Assembly: GCA_037446635.1 (NCBI GenBank)
Contig: JBBIIG010000066.1
Coordinates: forward strand, 1 to 20,802
Reading direction: 5' to 3'
Length of the DNA stretch: 20,802 nucleotides
Source of the DNA: a bacterium
GTDB lineage: Bacteria > Zhuqueibacterota > Zhuqueibacteria > Oceanimicrobiales > Oceanimicrobiaceae
The position numbers and the translations under genes were made by a program. The notes under the pieces were generated by a model. That model was not told the DNA's origin. It saw nothing but the letters and a program-made list of their open reading frames with translations, and ran no database searches. Positions 1-8,505 of this stretch are shown here, piece by piece (position 1 is the first letter of the stretch; the number at the start of each line of letters is the position of its first letter).

Positions 1-2
1 AT

Positions 3-290
3 TTGCAGGTGACCTATTCCACCAGTTCGAAGACGGTGTATTTTCTGAAGGATCATCTGGGCAGTGTTCGGGCAACGGTGGACAATACGGGCGCAGTGGT
101 GGGCTATGATGATTACGACCCGTGGGGATACATTCTGGCCGGCCGAAGCTTGGCCACGCCGTGGAGTTCGGTGCAGGGGACGGCAAAGAATAAGTTTACG
201 AGCAAGGAGTGGGATGATGAGTTTGGGGTGAATTGGAACTACTTTGGGGTGAGGCATCCGGATTTTTCGCTGTATAATTATGTGCGGTAG
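3..290 (+). pseudogene. Truncated Rhs repeat-associated core fragment (5' part runs off the window)
   Basis: Translation YFLKDHLGSVRATVD..GAVVGYDDYDPWG...KNKFTSKEWDDEFGVNWNYFGVR matches the Rhs core signature. The usual YYDPxxGRWxSxDP segment is absent and a TAG at 288-290 occurs before NNP/DPxG, so no toxin domain follows. Confidence 0.8.
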
Positions 291-325
291 TTCAGGGAAC
301 GGCGAAGAACAAGTTTACCACCAAA
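290..325 (+). repeat. Diverged second copy of a 36-nt Rhs-core segment (first copy 171-206)
   Basis: 171-206 gtgcaggggacggcaaagaataagtttacgagcaag (VQGTAKNKFTSK) versus 290-325 gttcagggaacggcgaagaacaagtttaccaccaaa (VQGTAKNKFTTK), in a different frame; differences mostly at third codon positions. Confidence 0.8.
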
Positions 326-338
326 GTAGTAGTTAAAC

Positions 339-677
339 TTATTTGCTATTCCCCGCACCCGTTTCTTCCCCCGGCGCCTTGAATCCGATCTTCTGATTCA
401 CCTGCGGCGGGCCGCCGTGAATTTTGATTTCGCCGAATTGCTTCTCATATTTTCCGACGTTTTCCTCCAGCGCTTTCAGAAATGATTTCGCGTGCTGCGG
501 GGTCATCACCACCCGCGCGTAAACTTTGGTTTTCGGCACGCCGGGCAGAATGCGGGTGAAGTCAATCACAAATTCGCCGGGCGAGTGGGAAATCAGCGCC
601 AGATTCGAATAAATTCCCTCGGCTTCTTTTTCGCCTAATTCGACATTGATTTGCTGCGGTGGATTGGGCTGGTTCAT
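339..677 (-). CDS. DUF3467 family protein
   Basis: EAEGIYSNLALISHSPGEFVIDF...ARVVMTPQHAKSFLKALEENVGKYE fits the DUF3467 pattern; AAGGAG Shine-Dalgarno at 690-685. Confidence 0.9.
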   Translation of the reverse strand: MNQPNPPQQINVELGEKEAEGIYSNLALISHSPGEFVIDFTRILPGVPKTKVYARVVMTPQHAKSFLKALEENVGKYEKQFGEIKIHGGPPQVNQKIGFKAPGEETGAGNSK

Positions 678-710
678 AGCTGCGCTCCTTTGGTCAAACT
701 TGTTTCAGAG

Positions 711-739
711 ATTATATTGAATTTTTACTTAACAAGCAA
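711..739 (-). promoter_or_regulatory. Putative sigma70-type promoter for the DUF3467 gene
   Basis: Minus strand: -35 TTGCTT (739-734), 17-nt spacer, perfect -10 TATAAT (716-711). Confidence 0.7.
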
Positions 740-743
740 TTGT

Positions 744-772
744 TTGACATTTTATTTCTATTGTTATAAATT
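744..772 (+). promoter_or_regulatory. Putative sigma70-type promoter for the orf188-orf73-polA unit
   Basis: Perfect -35 TTGACA (744-749), 17-nt spacer, -10 TAAATT (767-772); an overlapping extended -10 TGnTATAAA lies at 762-770. Confidence 0.7.
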
Positions 773-778
773 TGCGCC

Positions 779-1345
779 ATGATCGACATCGACAAAAACC
801 TTCCCGTCCTCGTCGCCAATCTTATCAAAAGAATGAGTCCGCAGGAAAAAGAAATATTGGTTTCAAATTTGGATACACTAACGTTGCGCGATTTGCAGAA
901 AGGTGTTTTGGAAGGGCGACCTTATCTCGAACCGGATGCATTTGTGCGGGTTGCAGTTGATTACGTTAGTTTCGAGATTCCAGAACCGAAAATTACCGAA
1001 TTTCTGATTCGTCTGTCGCGACTGTTACGAGCACCTGAAATCATGCTTCGGTGGAATAACAATGGCGCCGCCTTTGCGAAAACAGCATCCAATGCTGAGT
1101 TTCGGAAGGCGCTGCAAAATATTCAAAATATCATCGCTGACGGCGTGGTGACATTTGAGTTTGGCCCACACTCGCTTTATTCCACCGGCGGCGGATGTAT
1201 GCTTTTGGAAACGCCGCTTTCCAATAGAATGAAAAAAAAGATTGCATTAGAGTTTTTGAAACTGTGCGGTTACTTGGTCAAAATAAATGCAACGTATTTT
1301 TCGGCTGCTGTTATCAAGGAAAGGGTTGAAGTAAAGAAGGAATGA
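779..1345 (+). CDS. Hypothetical protein (188 aa)
   Basis: Long ORF in AT-rich sequence directly after a consensus promoter; ATGA overlap with the next gene; no family recognised. Confidence 0.75.
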   Translation: MIDIDKNLPVLVANLIKRMSPQEKEILVSNLDTLTLRDLQKGVLEGRPYLEPDAFVRVAVDYVSFEIPEPKITEFLIRLSRLLRAPEIMLRWNNNGAAFAKTASNAEFRKALQNIQNIIADGVVTFEFGPHSLYSTGGGCMLLETPLSNRMKKKIALEFLKLCGYLVKINATYFSAAVIKERVEVKKE

Positions 1346-1563
1346 AGCATTTTGTGAAAGAGGCGGTCGGGCACTTCAAGGTTTTGATGGATCACAGTTT
1401 GAGAGATTATGAACCTTATCCAGTTCATGTTTTGAAGCGAATGGTTGTCCCGCTTGGTCAGGATTTTGAGCGAATCCTCGATCAGGGAACAAAAAATGAT
1501 GCTTGGCAAATGTTGGAGTCGATTGTTCACGAATGCCATAAATTTAAATCAGAGAAACCCTGA
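1342..1563 (+). CDS. Hypothetical protein (73 aa)
   Basis: ATGA start/stop overlap with the upstream gene, purine-rich upstream sequence, ends 12 nt before polA; no family recognised. Confidence 0.65.
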   Translation: MKHFVKEAVGHFKVLMDHSLRDYEPYPVHVLKRMVVPLGQDFERILDQGTKNDAWQMLESIVHECHKFKSEKP

Positions 1564-1575
1564 TCGTTTCGCAAA

Positions 1576-4296
1576 ATGATGCCTTCCAAAAAACTTTTTC
1601 TCGTCGACGGCTCCGCTCTGGCCTACCGTTCCTTTTTTGCTTTTATCAAAAATCCACTCACCAATTCGAAAGGTGAAAACACCAGCGCAGTGTTCGGATT
1701 CTGCCGTTTTTTGTTTAAAATTATTGACGAGGAAAATCCCGACTACCTGGCGGTGGTGTTTGATCCGCCCGGACCGACGTTCCGCCATCAACAATTCAAA
1801 GAGTACAAAGCCACCCGTCAGAAGATGCCCATTGACATGCGCGATCAAATCCCCAAAATTCATCAGGTGATTTCCGCGCTGAACATTCCCATCATCGAGT
1901 TTCCCGGTTACGAAGCCGACGACGTCATCGGCACGCTTTCGAAACGGGCCGCCCGTGAAAATTACCAAACCTATCTCGTCAGCGGCGACAAAGATTTTAT
2001 GCAGCTGGTGGGCGACGGCGTCATCATGTACAACCCCAAACGCACCGGCGATGACATCGAAATTTTGGACGCCAAAGCGGTGGAGGAAAAAATCGGTTTG
2101 CCGCCGGCCAAAGTTGTGGATTACCTCGGCCTCATGGGCGACACCTCCGACAACATTCCGGGCGTCCCCGGCGTGGGCGAAAAGACCGCGGTGCAGCTCA
2201 TTCAGGAGTTTGGCAGTTTGGAAGCCGTGCTGGAAAACGCTGAGAAAGTGAGCCGCGCCAATGTCCGTGAAAATTTGAAAGCGCACCGCGATGCGGCGCT
2301 GCTTTCCAAAAAGCTGGTGATCATCGATACTGCCGTGCCCATCGATCTCGATTTGGAAGCGCTGCGCCGAAAAGAGCCGGACAACGAAACGGTCATTCGT
2401 CTGTTTCAGGAACTGGAATTCAACAGCCTTCTCAGCCGTTTCACAATCCCAAAAAAATCCAAACAGCTCAATTACACCATCATCGATACCAGAGAGCAAT
2501 TGCAAAAATTGTTGAAGATGATGGGCGCCGCCGGCCAATTTGTTTTCCATCTCGAAATCAGTGAAGCGGATCCTGTACGCGCCGAAATCACGGGACTGGC
2601 GGTTGCCCTGAAACCCGAAGAAGCATTTTATCTTCCCATCAAAGTTGAAAAGTCAGGAACGAAACGCGAGTTGTTGTTTCAGGAGGCCGGCGACCTTTTT
2701 GGCGCGATGGCAATTTCTGAAATGCTGCGAGCGGTTTTCGAGAATGAAGCGATTGCAAAGTGCAGCCACAACCTCAAGCGCGATCTGCTGGTCTGGGCGC
2801 GGCACGGTATCGATGTGCAGGGAGCCAATTTTGATACCATGGTCGCGGCGTACCTGCTCAATCCCACCCAGCGGCAGTACAATTTGGAGTCGCTGGCGCT
2901 GGAACATTTGAACCACACCATGCAGCCGCCGCCAGATGCGAAAAATAAAGATCGCAGCCAAACCAGTCTCGAGGTAGCGCCGGAGAACGCGGCGACGCAG
3001 TACGCCTGTGAGAACGCGGAGGTGACGCTGCGGCTGCAGCGCTTTTTCGCGACGAAACTAAAAGAGGTACAATTAGAGAGCTTGTTTGAACATGTTGAAC
3101 TGCCCCTGATTTATGTTTTGGCGGACATGGAAAAAACTGGTGTAGCGCTCGACCTGCCGTTTTTGCAAAACATGTCGCAGGAGATGGGCGCAAAATTGGA
3201 TCAACTCATCGCGCGCGTTTATGAAATGGCAGGGGAGGAATTCAACATTAATTCCACTCAGCAATTGGGGGAAATTCTTTTTGAGAAATTAAAGCTGCCG
3301 CGGAAACGGCGCACCAAAACCGGCTATTCCACGGATATCAATGTTTTGGAAGAGTTGGCGAAGGTGCACGAGCTGCCGCGCTCGCTGATCGAATATCGTG
3401 AGCTGATGAAGCTCAAATCCACTTATGTTGATGCACTGCCGAAATTGGTGAATCCGGAAACCGGCCGACTGCACACCTCCTACAATCAAACGGTGACGGC
3501 TACCGGGCGGCTGTCTTCCAGCGATCCCAATTTGCAGAACATCCCCATTCGCACCGAGATTGGCCGCAAAATTCGGCAGGCGTTTATTCCGGGAGATGCG
3601 GATCATGTGATCCTCGACGCCGACTATTCGCAGATCGAGCTGCGCATCATGGCGCATCTTTCCGGCGATCCCGTGCTTCTGGAATCGTTTCAAAACGATG
3701 AGGACATTCACACCAAAACCGCGGCGCTGGTGTTTGAAATCCCGCCGGAAGCGGTCACGGCCGATCACCGCCGCCGCGCCAAAGAAATCAACTTTGGCAT
3801 CATGTACGGCATGGGAGAATATGGGCTGGCGTCGCGGCTGGAAATTTCGCGGGAGGAGGCGCGGGATTTCATCACCAACTATTTCATCAAGTATCCGAAG
3901 GTGAATGACTTCATCATCAAAACTATTTCCGATGCCCGCGAAAAGGGATTCGTGACCACCATGCTCAATCGCCGCCGCTACTTGCCGGACATCCTCAGCA
4001 GCAACCGCGGCCGCCGGGAATTTGCGGAGCGCACCGCCATCAACACGCCAATTCAGGGCACGGCCGCGGACTTGATCAAAGTGGCGATGATCAACATCTG
4101 GCGGCGATTGAAAGAGAAGAAGCTGCAAACTAAAATGATCATGCAGGTGCACGACGAGCTGGTGTTCGAGGCGGCTAAATCGGAACTGGAGGAAGTAAAG
4201 AAATTGGTGCAGGAGGAAATGGAGAGCGCCATTCAATTAAGCGTGCCGGTGAAAGTGGAGATTGGCGTTGGGCCGAACTGGCTGGCGGCGCATTGA
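1576..4296 (+). CDS. polA: DNA polymerase I
   Basis: 5'-3' exonuclease (LVDGSALAYRSFFA, GYEADDVIGT, GDTSDNIPGVPGVGEKTA); family A polymerase motifs (TATGRLSSSDPNLQNIP, DYSQIELR, RRRAKEINFGIMYG, QVHDELV). Confidence 0.99.
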   Translation: MMPSKKLFLVDGSALAYRSFFAFIKNPLTNSKGENTSAVFGFCRFLFKIIDEENPDYLAVVFDPPGPTFRHQQFKEYKATRQKMPIDMRDQIPKIHQVISALNIPIIEFPGYEADDVIGTLSKRAARENYQTYLVSGDKDFMQLVGDGVIMYNPKRTGDDIEILDAKAVEEKIGLPPAKVVDYLGLMGDTSDNIPGVPGVGEKTAVQLIQEFGSLEAVLENAEKVSRANVRENLKAHRDAALLSKKLVIIDTAVPIDLDLEALRRKEPDNETVIRLFQELEFNSLLSRFTIPKKSKQLNYTIIDTREQLQKLLKMMGAAGQFVFHLEISEADPVRAEITGLAVALKPEEAFYLPIKVEKSGTKRELLFQEAGDLFGAMAISEMLRAVFENEAIAKCSHNLKRDLLVWARHGIDVQGANFDTMVAAYLLNPTQRQYNLESLALEHLNHTMQPPPDAKNKDRSQTSLEVAPENAATQYACENAEVTLRLQRFFATKLKEVQLESLFEHVELPLIYVLADMEKTGVALDLPFLQNMSQEMGAKLDQLIARVYEMAGEEFNINSTQQLGEILFEKLKLPRKRRTKTGYSTDINVLEELAKVHELPRSLIEYRELMKLKSTYVDALPKLVNPETGRLHTSYNQTVTATGRLSSSDPNLQNIPIRTEIGRKIRQAFIPGDADHVILDADYSQIELRIMAHLSGDPVLLESFQNDEDIHTKTAALVFEIPPEAVTADHRRRAKEINFGIMYGMGEYGLASRLEISREEARDFITNYFIKYPKVNDFIIKTISDAREKGFVTTMLNRRRYLPDILSSNRGRREFAERTAINTPIQGTAADLIKVAMINIWRRLKEKKLQTKMIMQVHDELVFEAAKSELEEVKKLVQEEMESAIQLSVPVKVEIGVGPNWLAAH

Positions 4297-4299
4297 GCA

Positions 4300-4318
4300 G
4301 TTGGCAGTTATTGCCAAC
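4300..4318. terminator. Small hairpin between convergent genes (possible terminator)
   Basis: GTTGGCA-gttat-TGCCAAC 7-bp stem just after the polA stop, in the 43-nt convergent gap; no U-tract. Confidence 0.35.
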
Positions 4319-4339
4319 CGACGGAGAGGAAATTTACAT

Positions 4340-6721
4340 TTACTTCAAAGCCTCCAGCAGCCGTTTTGAAGTGGTTTCTTTTGAGGTGGGGATGAGTTTT
4401 TTAAGCTCAGCGGAAAACTCCTGAATGGTGTTGTGGCGGTGGTTGGGCGCTTTGGCCAAGGCTTTGGCTAAAATGTCGTCGAGCGCCTGCGGGATGTCGG
4501 CGCGGAATTGCGAGGCGCGCACTGCTTCGTCCGCGAGGATTTTGACGCGCACCTCGCGGGCGTTTTTGCCGCGGAAGGGGTGCACGCCCGTGAGGCTTTC
4601 GTATAACATCACTCCTAATTGAAAAATGTCGCACGCGGGCGTGAGCGTCAGCCCTTGAATTTGTTCCGGCGCGCTGTAAGCCTGCGAGTTGATATCGTCG
4701 TTCCAGACTTTCTCGGTGTGCCGCACTTGCAGCAAACCGCTGTCCGCCAACTTGATCTCCCCCTGGCCGGAAATGAAAATGTTGTCCGGTTTCAAATTTT
4801 TATGCCAGAGGTGACCTTCATGATGGATCGCGAGGATTTTGCAAATTTCGCGGTAGTACTCAATGGTTTTGATGATATCTGGCAAGCCGTCTCGCAACAA
4901 ATATTTGTTGAGCGTCTCCCCCTCGATGAACTCACGCACTAGATATAAAATATCGCCTTCTTCGCCGGCGTCGTAAATCACCGTAATGTTCGGGTGGTTG
5001 ATGCGGTTGAGTTTTCGCACCTCCTCATAAAACTGTTTGCGCAGCGACGAGAAATCTTTGAAGCCGGCAAACGCCTGCGCGCGGTAGGCTTTGATCACCA
5101 CCACCCGCTCCAACTGCGGATCGTAACCCTTGAAGGTCGAGTAGAGCTGGATTTCTTTGATGGGCTTCACCACCTCATATTTGCCGAACTTTTGCGGCCG
5201 CGGCGCGCTCAGACGCTCACCGATTTCTTTCACTTCATTTTTCGCTTCTTTCAACGAAATGGTAAAGATTTTATGGAGGTGTGGAAATTGCCGTAAACGG
5301 TATTCGCCTAACCGCTGGGCGCGATAACTGGTGATCGCGCTGGCGACGGATTCGGTGAGCAGCAGCGGCAGGGCGTCAGGTTGGGAAATCCATTCGCCCG
5401 CGAGCTGCGCCGGCAACCCATGCACCTTGAAGGCTTTGCGCAGCTCCTTGAGGCTGGTCTTTTCGAGGTTGACGAACGGCACCAGGCTGCAATGCAGGGT
5501 GACGCGGAGCTGGATTTTTTCCGAGTTCTCCACGACCCGGTTGTAGCGTTCCAGGCGCTGCAGGATGGCCACCGCGGCGCGCAGCAACTTATCGGGATCG
5601 CAGTTGAACGTTAAGACGCCGTTTTGCGCGCGGCAGGCGAAAATATCATTGACGCGGTTGAATTCCGCCGCAATGAAATTTAAAAACGACGCAAACGGCA
5701 GCTTCGATGATTCGGCGTCCTCATCGAAATTGGCGATTTCAAAAATCCCCAGCGTGTTGCTGCGATTCAAAATTTGCGCGAGCGCCGGCGCGGCGTCGAG
5801 TTTTGCGCCGCTATCGACTTTCTGAATGAAGTCGCGGTAGAAGTCAAACGTTGAGTCGATGTCCACCGCCGCGGCGTGGTTATCGGAGTCTTTGTCCCTT
5901 TTGACCGGCGATTTTTCTAAAATGAAGAATTCATACTCGTCGTTGCCCGGAAGTTTTGGACGGGCAGGCGGTTTAAAATTCAAAAACAGATTTTTGAGAT
6001 CGAGATACGTTTCGATGTCGGCGATTCGTTGAATCGGCTCGTCGAAATTTTTGTACTGCAAGATCAGGCGGATGTCGTTGGCGCTGTTTTCAAAGGCGGC
6101 GCCGTTTTCTTCGCACCAGGCTTTTTTTTCAAGCTGGGTTTCGTAAAACGCCCTCAAGTAAATCGGGTTCTCCCGCGAGTGCTTGTACAAATCTTTCACC
6201 ACCTGCAGCGCGTCGTCGAATTTGCCGCTGCGCCAGGCGGTGTTGAGATAGAGCGCCAGCAGCTCCGGATTTTCGCCGCACTCCAAAAGAGTTTGCCGCA
6301 GTTCGGAAAGCGAGAGCGTGTCGGTTGATTCGCGAAAGATTTTTTCCAGCGCCGTACGAATTTGATCTTCGAATGGCGGAGCAAATTTCAGGGCGCGGCG
6401 AAAAATTTGCAGAGCCGGATCGGCGAAAAGATTTTTTTTCAAAAACAGCGTCGCCAGGGTGAGGATGAGGCTTTGGTTGTTTTCATTGGCGTCGGCCGCC
6501 ATTTTATAAATGGTAAATGCCTCTTCCGAGCTGGCTTCGCTGCGCGCCAGCGCCAAAGCAAAATAAGTGATCACCTCCGTATCCTCAACGCCGTTTTGCA
6601 ACAGTTGCCGGAATTTTTCCGCGGCGCGCTGATTCTCGCCGTTTTCTAAATAGGCGCGCCCTAGCGCTTTTAACAAATCGATCACTTCCGCATCATAGCG
6701 TTGTTCTGCAGCGGCGGTCAT
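4340..6721 (-). CDS. TPR + degenerate class III nucleotide-cyclase-like domain + Ser/Thr pseudokinase
   Basis: N-terminal TPR-like helices. Middle (~5255-5760) follows the cyclase fold pattern (GIFEIANF / QNGVLTF / AAVAILQRL..YN / LRVTLH / LLLTESVA / LGEYRLR). C-terminal Hanks kinase fold (VVIK, HPNITVIYDAG, HKNLKPDNI, DSG, YSAPEQ, DIFQLG) with substituted catalytic residues. Confidence 0.85.
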   Translation of the reverse strand: MTAAAEQRYDAEVIDLLKALGRAYLENGENQRAAEKFRQLLQNGVEDTEVITYFALALARSEASSEEAFTIYKMAADANENNQSLILTLATLFLKKNLFADPALQIFRRALKFAPPFEDQIRTALEKIFRESTDTLSLSELRQTLLECGENPELLALYLNTAWRSGKFDDALQVVKDLYKHSRENPIYLRAFYETQLEKKAWCEENGAAFENSANDIRLILQYKNFDEPIQRIADIETYLDLKNLFLNFKPPARPKLPGNDEYEFFILEKSPVKRDKDSDNHAAAVDIDSTFDFYRDFIQKVDSGAKLDAAPALAQILNRSNTLGIFEIANFDEDAESSKLPFASFLNFIAAEFNRVNDIFACRAQNGVLTFNCDPDKLLRAAVAILQRLERYNRVVENSEKIQLRVTLHCSLVPFVNLEKTSLKELRKAFKVHGLPAQLAGEWISQPDALPLLLTESVASAITSYRAQRLGEYRLRQFPHLHKIFTISLKEAKNEVKEIGERLSAPRPQKFGKYEVVKPIKEIQLYSTFKGYDPQLERVVVIKAYRAQAFAGFKDFSSLRKQFYEEVRKLNRINHPNITVIYDAGEEGDILYLVREFIEGETLNKYLLRDGLPDIIKTIEYYREICKILAIHHEGHLWHKNLKPDNIFISGQGEIKLADSGLLQVRHTEKVWNDDINSQAYSAPEQIQGLTLTPACDIFQLGVMLYESLTGVHPFRGKNAREVRVKILADEAVRASQFRADIPQALDDILAKALAKAPNHRHNTIQEFSAELKKLIPTSKETTSKRLLEALK

Positions 6722-8475
6722 GACGACACCCTCATTTTTCTCATCTTCGTGTCCAGTTCTTTTTCGAGGATGTGAATCGCGCTCATATCGGTGCGCCCCT
6801 GGTTCAAGTAGTGAGTAGCGAGGATGGAGTTGATGGCTTCGCGCTTGTTCGTCAGAATGTTCAACCGCAGAATGGTTTCATACACTTTCAGCGCCCGCTC
6901 ATCGCGGCGATTTTGAAGCAAATAAATGTTGGCCAGCACCGGGTAGAGTTTAATTTTTCCGGGATGTTTCTCCAGCATTTTTTCGTAGAGCGCCGCCGCG
7001 CGATCGTATTTGCCCTGCAGCAGAAAAATCCGCGCGCGCGTTATCGGTGAAAAAACCATGACGCCAACGAGCGGCAGGATCAGCAGGGCTGCCGCGGCGC
7101 CGGCTAACGTCGTCATGCTCAGCGGCAGCGCCGGCGAAGCCGGCGCCACCGGCGCGCGGCTGGTCTTGTTCAAATTGAAGTGGGCGTCTGCCAGTTTGTT
7201 TTTGAGATCGCGATAATCCGGCGCGACGGCAGCGATTTTTTCAAACGCCTGCGCCGCCCGCCGCCACTCGCCGTTTTGCAGCGCCAGCTCGCCCTCGGTG
7301 TACAGAGCGGCGATCTCCTGCTGCGTTTGCTGTGCGAGTGAATCGCGCGCGCTTTTCAGCAAGGCCTGCGCGTCGCGATAATTGGGAGCGATGCTGGTCA
7401 AGCGATCGAAACTGGCCAGCGCCAGCGACCAGTTTCCCTCCTGCAAATAAGATAAGCCCTCCTGATAGAGCGGTTCATGAAGATCCGGCTCCGCCCTCGG
7501 CGTTGGAGTTGGAGGGTCGTTTGCCGGCGGAGTTTCCTCGCGCACGCGCCGGCCGTTCGTTGCATTTGGAGTGTTCGTTGTTTCGACTCGGCGGGCCTGG
7601 CGCTGCGCTTGCAGTTCCTGCAACTGCAGTTGCGCGTCTTTGAAATTGGGATCGACGCGCACGATTTCATCGAAGAGGTTGATGGCTTCGGCGGTTTCGC
7701 CGCTTTGCGCTTTGGCGACGGCCTGCGAGTAGAGCGCGGCCAGACGTTTCGTTTGCTTGCTGCGCTGCGCCAGACGGATTGCCTCTTCCAATTGGCTGGC
7801 CGAATCTTTAAAATGGCGATCGCTTTGCACCACTTCCTTCAGCAGCGCCGCGGCGTCGTCGTAGCGTTCGGCGCGCATCATGCGCAGGCTTTCGTTGTAC
7901 TTGTCGTCGAGAATTTTTTTGCTTTCGGCGAGCGCGAGGGCGTCGTCAAAAAGTTTGGCGTTTTGCGGCAGCAGCGCCTTGCCTTCGCGGAACTCGGCCA
8001 GGGCGCCAGTGATGTTGCCCTCCTTCAGATAAAGCTGGCCGAGGTCATAACAAATTCGGCCTTTGGCGCTGGCGGCGGTGGCGAGCCCCTTGGCGCCGGA
8101 GAGCGCTTCTTTGGCCTTATCGTTTTTGTCTAATTGTTGATAGATGGCGCCCAACTCGTACAGGATGCGAGTTTTGATGTCGTTGTTCAGAGCATAAGGA
8201 TTTTTGAAGTAGGCTTTGTTCAGCGTAATTTCCGCTTCCTGAAAGCGTCCGGCCGCCTTATACGCTAGGCCGAGATAATAGTAGGCCTCGGTGTAGTTGG
8301 GGTCTAATTGAATCGCCTGTTCGAACGCGCGGATTTTGGCGTCTACCGGTGCGGCGTCGAGACCGGCTTTGACCCAATCGGCGGCGCGGGTTTGGCTTTG
8401 GGATTCGTGGGGGGCAACCAATAGCAGGGACAAAGTCAGAATAGTCCATCTAATTTTGCGTCGTAAGCTCATCAT
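6718..8475 (-). CDS. Membrane-anchored TPR repeat protein (signal peptide, extracytoplasmic TPRs, TM helix, cytoplasmic TPRs)
   Basis: Signal peptide MMSLRRKIRWTILTLSLLLVAPHESQS; canonical TPR (AIQLDPNYTEAYYYLGLAY); four related repeats ending in a PxY/FxD-like motif; TM LAGAAAALLILPLVGVMVF; three further TPR-like repeats. Confidence 0.9.
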   Translation of the reverse strand: MMSLRRKIRWTILTLSLLLVAPHESQSQTRAADWVKAGLDAAPVDAKIRAFEQAIQLDPNYTEAYYYLGLAYKAAGRFQEAEITLNKAYFKNPYALNNDIKTRILYELGAIYQQLDKNDKAKEALSGAKGLATAASAKGRICYDLGQLYLKEGNITGALAEFREGKALLPQNAKLFDDALALAESKKILDDKYNESLRMMRAERYDDAAALLKEVVQSDRHFKDSASQLEEAIRLAQRSKQTKRLAALYSQAVAKAQSGETAEAINLFDEIVRVDPNFKDAQLQLQELQAQRQARRVETTNTPNATNGRRVREETPPANDPPTPTPRAEPDLHEPLYQEGLSYLQEGNWSLALASFDRLTSIAPNYRDAQALLKSARDSLAQQTQQEIAALYTEGELALQNGEWRRAAQAFEKIAAVAPDYRDLKNKLADAHFNLNKTSRAPVAPASPALPLSMTTLAGAAAALLILPLVGVMVFSPITRARIFLLQGKYDRAAALYEKMLEKHPGKIKLYPVLANIYLLQNRRDERALKVYETILRLNILTNKREAINSILATHYLNQGRTDMSAIHILEKELDTKMRKMRVSS

Positions 8476-8505
8476 TCCTGAACGAGTTTTATCTGGCTGG
8501 TCATT

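Noticed and set aside
779..1563. Toxin-antitoxin call for orf188/orf73
   Set aside because: Only size and overlap fit; no toxin or DNA-binding motif recognised.
1549..4236. Long antisense ORFs 1549-2550 and 3289-4236
   Set aside because: Shadow frames of polA caused by codon bias; no recognisable motifs.
6718..6721. Frameshifted single gene joining the 585-aa and 793-aa ORFs
   Set aside because: A clean ATGA overlap with a GAGG-containing upstream sequence fits translational coupling.
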